Below are positions 24,411 to 36,400 of a DNA stretch of 64,000 nucleotides, one piece after another. Made by a program: the position numbers and the translations under genes. Numbering within the stretch: position 1 is the first letter of the stretch; each line of letters opens with the position of its first letter. This DNA is from Leucoraja erinacea (Eukaryota), in NCBI RefSeq assembly GCF_028641065.1, contig NC_073396.1, positions 19,902,001 to 19,966,000 on the forward strand, given 5' to 3'. The notes beneath the pieces are model-generated. The model ran no database searches. It worked only from the letters and a program-made list of their open reading frames with translations, and was not told the DNA's origin.

Positions 24411-27400
24411 GGGAGAGAAAGAAGGCTGGTCTGCGTGATGGATTAGGCTACATCCATAACTCTCTGCAATATCTTGCGGTCTTGGATAGAGCAAGTGCCA
24501 AACCAAGTTTAGTGCATCACAACAAGATGCTTTTTATGGTGCATTTGTAGAAATTGAGAAGAGTTGTTGAGTACAAGGAGGATCCTGCTGTTGGTCCTTT
24601 TGTTGACGAGCTCCTCGATACCCCATACATTAGCAGCTCTGTGTCCAGCAGGGTGCAGCTCTTTGCATATTAGAGCTGAGACTGAATGAAGGGCATGTAC
24701 TGGATTGCCACAATGCACTGCACCCTCTCTCACCACTCCTAACATCATTCTATGGACACCAACTTGTCCATCACACCTTGATCAGGGATACAGTTTGTCC
24801 TCACTATGGGGAGGTTCAATCATGAGATCCACTGGGTCGAAGCTCTGATCCTGCCCACCATCCACATCCAGACAAATGCTAATAAATCCCATCCCTTCCA
24901 TCTGCACCTCACACTGCCTCGGCAAGGCCACAAGCATAATCAAGGACCATTCTCCCCCTGGTCACTCCCTCGTCCCCTTTCTCGCATCAGACAAAAAATA
25001 CAGAAGTGTGAAAGTACATACTTCCAGATTCAGGGACGTTACTTCCCAGCTGCCATCAGGCAACTGAACCATCTTATCACCAACTGTAGTGGTCCTGAGC
25101 TACGATCCACCTCATTGGAGACCCTCGGATGATCTTTAATTGGACTTTACCTTGCACTAAACGTCATTCCCTTTATCATGTATCTGTACACTATGCATGG
25201 CTCAATTGTAATCATGTATAGTCTTTGCTGACTGTTTAACACGCAACAAAAGCTTTTCACTGTAACTTAGTACAATAAACGAAACTAAACTAGTGGGCGG
25301 TACGATGGCGCAGCGGTAGAGTTGCTACATTACAGCGCTTGCAGCGCCAGAGACCAGGGTTCGATCCCGACTATGGGTGCTGTTTGTACGGAGTTTGTAA
25401 GTTCTCCCCCTGACCGTGTGGGTTTTCTCCGAGATCTTTGGTTTCCTCCCACACTCCTAAGACGTACAGGTTTGTAGGTTCATTGGCTTGAGTGTGTATA
25501 CTTGGTATACGTATAAATTGTCCCCTGTGTTAATGTGCGGGGATCGCTGGTTGATGCAGACTCGGTGGGCCGAAGGGCCGGTTTCTACGCTTATCTCTAA
25601 ACGATAAACTAAACTAATAAAACTTAGGGTACGGTTTCCTATCTCTCATTCAAAGTGGCCCAAGATTAAAACTGTGCCCTCCTGGTCTGCTCAATTTAAC
25701 ACTGGTGGTCCTGTTAATGAAACCGTATCAAGCCAAAGCTCACCAACCTGTTCCTCCAGCATCATCCTAACCGAGCGTTCTTTATCCAGCTGCTGCCGCA
25801 GTTCGATCATCTCCCGTTTCAGGTCCTCTAGCTTCTCATCCTCCCACACATCAGGGGAGCCAATTCCTTCGTCTTTATCCTCTGCACGCCTCCGTTTGGG
25901 AGAGGAGCCGCTGTACTCCTGTGTTCCAAAGACAAAGCTCAATTAAACACAGTGGCAGTTAGACCAGGCACAAAGTCTTCTCTTATGCAAGAGTACACAG
26001 TGCTGGAGTAACTCAGCGCGTCAGGCAGCATCTCTGGAGAAGAAGGATCAGTGACGTTTCAGGTCGGAACCTTTCTTCAGCAAGATGCAAGAGGGCAGCT
26101 TCTAAACCATCTGTCTTTGAGTTTAAAGGCTATGAGTTTAGGTTTAAAGGTTTATTACAAGATAATAGAATGACAGGCATTAAACAAAGTGCTGGCGAAT
26201 GCAGACTATGGGCATGTCAATGCTGGTTTACAAAAAAAGTGCTGCAATAACTCAACGGGTGAGGCAGCATCTCTGGAGAACTACCCACTACAATCAATCT
26301 GAAGAAAGGTCCTGACCCAAAACATCACCTATCCATGTTCTCCAGAGATGCTGCATTGACGAGACCACAGCTAGAACACTTACACTTTGGTAGGACAAAT
26401 ACAAATGCAGCTTCTTCATTAAAGGCAGACCACAAAATATTGCTGTGCAGAAGTATCTGACTGCCGTTTTATACTGAAGAGTGTTGGCGAGACCGTACCA
26501 GGACAGTACATGGCTGTTGTCCCCTTATTTAAGCAGGCATTTGCTTGTATTGGAGGTGGATGGGATATGAATGGTGCTGTCACAGACCTATTTGACAAGG
26601 AAAAGTTGAGCAGGATGGGCTAATGCGGTTTAGAAGAATGAGAGGATCACAATATTCTCAGGGCCTGACAGGGCAGATGCCGAGAGGATATTTCTGCTCA
26701 CGGAGTATTCTAGAAATCTAGAGAAAGGGGGCTCATGCCCCTTGCTAAAAAAATTGTGCTTTGCAGCCATCTACTGCACATGATAATCTCTAAATGACAG
26801 CCACCAGGTGAGCTCTAGCACCCCGTTCCATCAACCTCCCGTGACTACGCCCACTGGTGATGAACAACAGCACTGCGCTCACCTAGTCCCGAGGTGGGGA
26901 AAAGGTAGTTGCCAATGGCCACAGCCATGCCATCCATCTCCCATCTCAACACTGTGCTCACCTGAATGAAACGCTTCAGCTGCGAGTTCTGTTGAAGTAG
27001 CCGTGTTTTCTCCTGCTCGAGCGAGAATATATATTCTGCAGTTTGCTGCAAAATGGCTGCCTGTGTGGAAAGGACAATAGTGAGCATGAGTGGGCTTCAC
27101 CACTACATCACCCAGCCCAGGGTAGTCACTTCTATCAGGAAGCATGCGTTTCATAAGGAGCTGATCAAGTATAGGAAATCCCACCACCAAAAGGTTTCCT
27201 CATAGTACTACAGGACTGATCTTTCATTTTGCATGTCAGATTGTCCACTTAAATGACTTAACTCACAGGAGTCGTTAATCCAAATGGAAAAGGAGAATTA
27301 TCTAAAACAAAGCCCTCTCCCAGAGAATTATCTGAAACTCACCCCTCCCCTGGAGATAGATACAAAAAGCTAGAGTAACTCAGCGGGACAGGCAGCATCT

Positions 27401-30400
27401 CTAGAGAGAAGGAATGGGTGATATTTTGGGTCGAGACCCTGCCCTGGAGAATTATTTGTAACAAAGCCCTCTCCTGAATACTAACTGGTACAGTCCCATT
27501 CCCCCAGCTAAGCAGCCGAACCGTACAACCCCCATCCCCCCCAGCAGATGAGGTTGCAAACCATTCCGGGACTCTCTGTTGAGTGCTCAACTGTTCTCCC
27601 GACCGACCTGTGGGGAGCACATGAATAAGAGTTTGTGCCTGACCTTGCTGAGTTTCTCGCCATCTGTGTGTGGGATGAGTGTCTTCAGGGACTGAAAGCC
27701 GGCGTTGATGCTTTGCATTCGACGTCGCTCATTGCTGTTAGCGATCTCTCTCCGTATCCTCCTCTCCTGATCTCTCTGAGATTCCTGGGACAGTGGAATG
27801 TTAGCCAAGCTGCAAGAAGAACAGGGACCCTTTTAGCTTTAGTTCACCAAATCCTTGGACAGTATGGTCCCTGCCGAAAAAAATTCAAACCTTGCCCAAT
27901 AACATGAACCGCACAGGTGCACTGATTGGCCCAAAATGATTACCATTTCAACAGCTGATCCATCAGGAGGTTGGTTTAGTTTAGTGATACAGCATGATGC
28001 AGCTCTTCAGCTCACCGAGTCTGTACCAACCATCGATCACCTGATCACACTAGTTCTATGTTACCCCTACACATTAGGGGCAACTTTAGAAGCCAATTAA
28101 CCTACAAACCCACACAAAGTCTTTGGAATGTGGGAGGAAACTGGAGCACCTGGAAGAAACCCACACCATCACAGAGAGAACATGCAAACTCCACACAGAC
28201 ATCACCCGAGGTCAGGATCAAACCTGCATGTCCTGCGGTTCTACCAGCTGCTTCACTGTGCTGGTTTACAGTCCCCCATGTAACCACTTACAGAAAAATC
28301 AATATTCAGTCATCTGCAAATTATTTGTCATGTGGAAGGAAGCGACAGAGGCTGGATAACTCAGCCTTCATATTTGTTACTACGTTCTACATTAATGTGA
28401 ACGCTGGTACAAACGGACAGGTTGTACTTACAACCTCTGATCAACAGTGAGACTACTGCTCCACTAGGGGGGGCTGCTGTGTGATTCATTTAATAGGTGG
28501 GTTGCACGTAAGGTCATCAGGTCAAAGGGCATGACGTACGGAGTAGCTCAATCCTTCTGGAGTACAAGGAATACACTAGTAACACATGAAACACATACTT
28601 TCTTTCCTGTTAGAAACTGCAAAATTGTAGAAATAGGGGTAACCGTGAGAGAAAACCGCCAAAATCACTGCAGCTCACTGATTGCGGATTGAGGGCAAGT
28701 CCCGGCCCACGACCGCCCGGGGCTGGAGTCACCCTCCAATCGAAACCCGAGCACCAAGGTGCTAATGACGGTTGGAGTGGATCCCTCGGGACATAAAGAC
28801 CTTTTTTACCCAAAAAAAATTATTTACTCAAAATAACATCTGAAACATAAACTACATATTTTACCTGATGGAAAATCCAAAAAAATTAAAATCGAAAATT
28901 TGGACCCAGACCTCCTCAGTCACGCTCAATTGCCCCCCTTAAAAATCAAATTGCCCCCCCTGTGGGGCGTACGCCCCATGTTGGGAACCACTGGTCTAGT
29001 CCCTCCGCCCACCCAGAGACACTGACTGCGCTGCACTGGCACCGGACCCTGACCCCCACACCGGGGTGATTCACCCCCCCGCTTCACCCCCCCCCCCCGG
29101 ACAACGACCCCCACATGGGGTGATTCTTCCTCCCCCGGGTGCCAGGCGTTTCACTGCCAAACACCGGCTGTGGGGACAGAAGGCCCGGGGTCCGCGAGTG
29201 TGGAACCAGTCAGTGTGCTGGGACAGAAGACGGGCCCGCTGTACTGTCAGCCATAGTAAGTGTTTACCTGCCGTTCACCACTTGTACTCCAGAAGGCGTT
29301 GCGTGGCAACAGTACGGATAATGGGTCGTGACCTCGACTGCCATGCAATCTCCCTATCGGAACAGCTTCCCACCACATGCCGTACGTGGCAGAGTAAATT
29401 TAGAATGGCAACCATTGTCAGGAAGTGCTTGCAGATGTACGTTCTGAACTGTTTTTCAACTTTTTTTATATGCAAATATTGGTTTCTGTTTTTATCAATG
29501 GACTTAGAAAAACAAAAAAATCAGTTACTTCAGGTTGGCAGCTTTGTAGGCTCAGCCTGAAACTGATACTTTGAATTGCAGAATTACCAGACTCAGTATC
29601 AGGTAACAGTGACTTGTCCAAGTCTTTTCAATTAACCCTTTCAATTCTAGAGAGGCAGAATGAACCAGTAAATTTACAGGTGCACCATTGAAAGCATTCT
29701 GCAGGTAATTGCAGACAGTCGTGCATGTAGCCCAGTGCATCACCCCAACCAGCCTCTCACCCCTCCACCAACTCCATCTACACTTCATACTTCCTCGGGA
29801 TTGTAACCTACATAATCCTGGACCACTCAGACTTCGGTCATCCCTCTTCTCCTGTTGGACAGCAGACACAAAAGCTTGAAAGCACGTTCCACCAGATTTA
29901 GAAATAGCTTCTTCCTCGATTAAGTCAGACTATTGAACGGACATTTCCCAAGTTAAGCATGTATTCCTGATCTGCCAATCAACCTCATTGCACTTGTTTT
30001 CTTTGCACTTCCTCTTTAGTGTAACTATATTCTGCACTCTTCATTTTCTATTTTGCACTACCAGTTATAGTCATACCAGGATAGCATGCAAAAAAAACAC
30101 CTTTTCACCATAATCTCAGTACATGTCACAATAATAAATCAGTATAGAATGAACAGCACTGTCAAATACAGTATTGTACAAGTATCAACAAGGTGTGCAT
30201 TAAGTCAATGCACTTGGCACAGACAAGTTCAATGCAGGAACAGGCAGCAAAAACTATACATGTCAAAATACAAAACACGCACAGCCCAATAGTGTAAATG
30301 CAAATACCAGGAGCACAACTGAATGTGTCAGTGCAATCAAATACCACACATGTAGCTGAACCCAATTAAATGCTGCACAATGTACATATCGCACAAGAAC

Positions 30401-33400
30401 AGTTCAGTATTGTACAAGCACAGATATGTACGAACACAATCAACTACTGAACAAGCAGCTCAAATACAAATATGATATTGGTACAGGGTACAGATACCTT
30501 TATAGCACAACCAAATACAACTGCGGTCTCTGAATCTCATGGGAGTGAAACTACTATTTAGCAAAATTGAATCTATTAAAGATTGTCATCCTACACCGCC
30601 TGCTCGTGTAAAATCTTTAAAAGGGCAGTCAATGAAAATAATAAGCACAATTGTCAAATGTACATGTCCAGCCACAGGGTGGAATTTGGTCGATTGATTG
30701 AGAGATACAGCATGGAAACAGCCCCTTTGGCCCACTGAGTCCACGCCGATCATCAATCACCCATTCACACTAGTTCGATGTTATCCCACTTTCCCATCTG
30801 CTCCCTGCACACTAGGGGCAGTTTTCCGGGTAAGTGCAAAGGAGGTAACAAAATGTTGACCTCCACTATACGCAAATGCAAACCAATGGGTTGTTCGTAA
30901 CTTCAGGTTATCATTTTCGTCAGGGGAATGAGGCTGAATGTGGCCCATACCCCCAACTCCTGGTCCATCTCTGACAGGGCAAACACAGCAGAATCCTATT
31001 CTTCTTTTCTCCACAGGACCTGCTGAGTTCCTCCAGTAGTTTGTAGGAACAAGGAACTGTAGATACTGGTTAATACACAAAAGAACAAAAAGTGCTGGAG
31101 TAACTCAGCAGGTCAGGCAGCATCTCAGGAGAACATGGAAAGGCGACTTTATGGATCGGGACCCTTCTTCAGACTTAGTAGAAGGTAAACCAGCACCTGC
31201 AATTCCTTGTTTCTGAAAGATTGGATAAATTGGGGTTGTTTTCATTGAAACACAGGAACACATGTACATGATAGTAACCTTAACTCAACTCCTGCATCCT
31301 CTGGTCATCCTTTACCAACTACTTACCAATAATTTATCTGCCAATACCTTTGAGAAGGAGAGTTCCAAAGACCTCATGGGTAAACATTCACCTCATCCCC
31401 CTATTTTTTTAAACTGCTTCCTCCAGCTTAAAATTTTGCCACAAAGAAATATTCTCTCCATGCACATTGTATGAAAATCTTCAGGGTCATAAGTTACAAT
31501 CAAGTTGCCTGTCACTCTTCTAAATGCCTGCAGGAGCAACTCTCAGCCGTCCAACGTTTCCCTGTAAGACACCCTGCCCAAAATAGGTTTGTCACGGGCA
31601 TAGTCTATTTCCCAGGGTAAACTATAGGGGCAATAGATTAAGGTGAGAAGGGGAAAAGATTTCAAAAAGGGACCTGAGGGAAATTTTTTCCACAGTGGCG
31701 GATGTATTCATGTAACGAGCTGCCAGAGGCGGTTGTAGAGGCATGTACAATAATAGTTCAAAACACATTTAGACAGGTACATAAATATAAAGCTCAAATA
31801 GGTATATTGGTCAGAATGAATGAGTTGGGCAGAAGGGCCTGTTTCCAGGCTACGTAACTCTATGACCCTATAACTTTCTCTGAACGACTTCCAACATATT
31901 TACATCCTTCCTCAAATAACAAGAACATTACTGTACATTAGACTGCAGATCTAATCTCATCAATGCACTATATAACTGAAACATAGCCTTCCCTCCTTTT
32001 CTAGTTAATTCCTCTTGAAATTCTTAAACAGTTTAATTACAAGTAAATAAATACGTGTTATTGGCAAAAGCACCTAAAACCAGCAGCATAGGTTTAAAAT
32101 GATTGTGAAGGGATTAAATAGAAAAGGAGGAATTATTTTTATCCACCAGAGAATGATGGGCATGTGGAACTCTTGAAAGAGCAGCAGGCACAGATACTCT
32201 TGACACGTTTAAACAAGCACTTGATGAGCAGTAATCTGCAGGGGCTCTGGACCTGTTGCTGAAAACTGTGATTAGGTTAGATAATTATTTTTTGACTAAC
32301 ATTGATACAATGGGCCAAATGGCCTCCTATGTCATAAATCTTCTACAATTATAATGTAAACTAGTTAGCATTTGCGCATTTAAGGAGAACTTGATGCATG
32401 GTTAAGAGCATCTCGGAAAGCATAAGAGGAAATTCCACAGTGTAAACATTACCATTGTCAACCTAGACAAACCACACTGATCCCAGTCACGAACGTAGAG
32501 CAGCGCAGCTGGTAGAATCACTGCCTCACAGCATCAGAGACCCTGGTTCGCTCCCGACTACAGGTGCTGTCTGTGCGGATATTGTACATTTCATCCCACC
32601 TTCCAAAGACGTGCAGCTTTGTAGGTTAATTGTCTATGTAAATAGCCCTTCATATGTAGGATGCGAAAATGATATAACATGGAACGAATGTACAGGTGAT
32701 CGATGGACGTCGTGGGCTCGGTGGGCCTGTTTCCACGCTGTATTTCTAAACTAAACGCTTCTACTTCCTCAGAAGACCGAGGAAATTCGTTATGTCTCCT
32801 ATGACTCTTACCAACTTCAACAGATGCACCATGGAAAGCATCCTATCCGGGTGCATCAAAGCTTGGTTTGGCAACAGCTCTGTCCAAGACCACATGAAAT
32901 TGCAGAGATTGTGAACACAACCCAGTCCATCACACAGACCAGCCTTATCTGCCCGCCTGGCCTTTAACTTCATTTACACTCACATTGCCTCAGAAAAGCA
33001 GCCAGCGTAATCAATCACCACTTACATGCCGGTCATTCTATTTTGTCCCTGTCACTGTCTGAAGATGGTACAGAGGCTTGAAAGCATGTACCACCAGATT
33101 GCCGAACAATTCTTCTCGCTGATATCAGACTCTTGAACGGACCTCTTATAGATCAGGATTTATTCCTGATCTTCCAATCTACTTCATTACGGCCCTGCAC
33201 TTCCTTTATTTACCCTTTCTCTATTACACTATATTGAGCACTATGTTTATTTTCTCTTTGGTGCTATTTGACCTACTCATGACCTACTCATGAATTTCCT
33301 GGATAGAATGCAAAATAAAGTATTTCACACTCTCTCAGTACATGTGACAATAATAAACCAATACCAAAACAAGAGGAGTTTAACGAACCACAAGCACTGG

Positions 33401-36400
33401 CTTTGATCATATTAGCCCTACGAGATGTTTGTAGGCTGTGATCTGTATTTTTATTTATTCAGTCTCCAACAATGGTGTTGCCATTGGCAAACCTGAAGAG
33501 TCCGAACTGCATCTGGCTACACTTCGTGAGTACAGATTGGGTAGAGTGTAGGAGGAACACCACAACACAGCCTTGAGGTGCTCCTGAATAATTTATATTT
33601 ATTCAGTGTCTTTGACAGTGATAGAATGTGATGCTGGTCCCAGATGAGGTGTTAACATCTCAGACAACCCGTCCTGGACCCAGCATGTTGATAGAAATTT
33701 GAAGAAGGCACGTCATCTCTAATCTCCTACATTTTTAAAGATATTCGGTATGTCACTGAATAGTCTAACAAACTAATACAGTTTGAAATGATCCTGACAG
33801 GTTTCATCATGGCCTCATACAGAAATTACAAGGTAGACAAAAGTGTCTCAGCGGGTGCAGCATCATCTATGGAGTGAAGGAAATAGGCAACGTTTCGGGC
33901 AGAAACCCTTCTTCAGACTGATGTAGGGTGGGGGGGGGGAGGGGTGGCGTGGAGAAGAAAGGAGAAAGAAAGAGGAGGAGCCAGAGGGCTGAGGGAGAGC
34001 TGAGAAGGGGAGGAGACAGCAAGGGCTACCGGAAATTGGAGGTCAATGTTCATACCGCTAGGGTGCAGACTGCCCAAGCGGAATATGAGGTGCTGCTCCT
34101 CCAATTTCCGGTGGTGCTCACTCTGGCCATGGAGGAGGCCCAGGACAGAGAGGTCGGATTCAGAATGGGAGGGAAGTTGAAGTGCTGAGCCACAGGGAGA
34201 TCAGGTTGGTTAATGCAGACCGAGCGGAGGTGTTCGGTGAAACGATCGCCAAGCCAATGATTGCTTGGGTCCTTGAATGAGTTGAGGGGGGAGGTAAAGC
34301 GACAAGTGTAGCATCTCTTGCGGTTGCAAGGGAAAGTGCCCGGGGAGGGGGTGGTGTGGGGAGGGAAGGGAAGAATTGACCAGGGAGTTAAGGAGGGAGC
34401 GGTCTTTGCGGAAAGCAGATAATTAGCATATGTAGAAAGCAGACAAGGGACGAGATGGGAAGATATGGCCAGTGGTGAGATCACGTTGGAGGTGGCGAAA
34501 AAGATGGAGGACTATTTGTTGTATGTGGCGGCTAGTGGGGTGAAAGGTGAGGACTGGGGGGACTCTGCCCTTGTTGTGAGTGGGGGGATGGGGAGAGAGA
34601 GCTACGGGGTATTGAACAGACCCTAGTGAGAGCCTCATCTATAGTAGGGGAAGAGAACCCCCGTACCCTGAAGAATGAGGACATTTCCGATGCCCTGGTG
34701 TGGAACAGCTCATCCTGGGAGCAGATGCAGCGTAGACGGAGGAATTGGGAGTAGGGGGATGGAGTCCTTACAGGAAGCAGGGTGGGAAGAAGTGTAGTCT
34801 AGATAGCCATGGGAGTCAGTAGGTTTATAGTGGATGTCGTCAGAAGTCTATTACCTGCGATGAAGATAGTGAGGTCAAGAAATGGTAGGGAATTGTCAGA
34901 AATGGTCCAGGTGTATTTGAGTGCCGGGTGGAAGTTAGTGGTGAAGCGGATGAAGTCAGAGAGTTGTGTGTGGGTACAGGAGGTAGTACCAATGCAATCG
35001 TCGATATAGCGGAGGTAGAGGTCGGGGATGGGGCCCGGGTACGTCTCGAACAAGGATTGTTCGACGTACCCTACAAAGAGGCAGGCATAGCTGGGACCCA
35101 TGCGTGTGCCCATAGCTACGCCTTGTATTTGGAGGAAATGGGAGGAGTCATAACGAAAAGTTATTAAGGGTAAGGACCTTTAATTACAACAGAGGCTATA
35201 GAGAACGGCACATGATGGATTGGGCTGAGCACAGGTCAACCCAATCTATCATCCATTGGGTTGATACAGCTGTCCCCTCCTTCTAAAGCATTTACACAAG
35301 GTGCAAGAAAGTGGCATCTATCATCAATGATCTCCACTATCCGGGTATGCCCTCTTCTCACCACTACCACCAGTTAGGAGGTACAGAAATCTGAAGGTTC
35401 AGGAACAGCTACTTTCCTAGAACTGTCAGGTTCTGGAACTGACCTGCACAACCCTAATCTTACCTCGACAATTGAACACTACAGATCACCTCTTGTACTA
35501 TCGTGGATCAATTTTTTTTAAATTGTATTTTCCACTGATGTCTTGTTTTTGCAGTCTTTTTCTTTTCACTGTCCTGTAGAATTTAACGTGCATTTTATGT
35601 TTTGTGTTGTTTAAGTCTATGTGCTTGTGATGCTGCAACAAGCAAGATTTTCATTGTACCTGTACCTCACCATACTTGTGCTTCCGACAATAAACTCGAC
35701 CTGAACTTTAGACACAAAAAGCTGGAGTAACTCAGCAGGACAGGCAGCATCCCTGGAGAGAAGGAATGGGTGACGTTTCGGGTCGGGACCCTCTCTTCGA
35801 CCTGAACTTGACTTGACGTGTTATTAGTCACCCGGCAAGTGAGAATACAGACAGTACAGGAACAGGCCCTTCGGCCCACAATGTCTGTGCTGAACATGAT
35901 GTCCAAGTTAAACTAATCTCCTCTGCCTGCACTTGACCCATATCCCCTCCATATCCCTATCTAAACGCCACTAATGTATCTGCCTCAACTACCATCCCTG
36001 GCATGTTGCAGGCACCTACCACCCTCTTTGTAAAAAAATTATCCAGCACGTCTTCTTTAAACTATCCCCCACTCACCTGAAAGCTACCCTCTAGTCATTG
36101 ACATTTTCACCCTGAGGAATGGTTCTGACCCTGATCCCTCTGAATTTCACTCAATTGCTTCCCATTGACAGCTGTATCACAGTCAAACAGCCCGTACTAC
36201 CCACCTTGTCACAGTATCAGATGCTGTCTTCCTCCCTTTGGACAGCTCAATTGTAATCATATGTAGTCTTTCAGCTGACTGGGTAGCACATGCCAAAAAA
36301 AGCTTTTCACAGTACCTCAGTACACGTGATTATAAACTAAACTAACTTCTCAAAGCTGGCTCAGTGGCACAGCTAGAAGACCCGCTGCCTCACAGCACCA

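Noticed and set aside
25295-25375. tRNA-like sequence with A and B boxes
   Set aside because: It is the head of a SINE, continuing into the V-domain and LINE tail; not a tRNA gene.
30140-30520. Degenerate ACA/TACA-rich periodic stretch (similar ones at 59.0-59.3 and 60.8-61.0 kb)
   Set aside because: Looks like decayed low-complexity or minisatellite DNA; no consistent unit or structure could be defined by eye.
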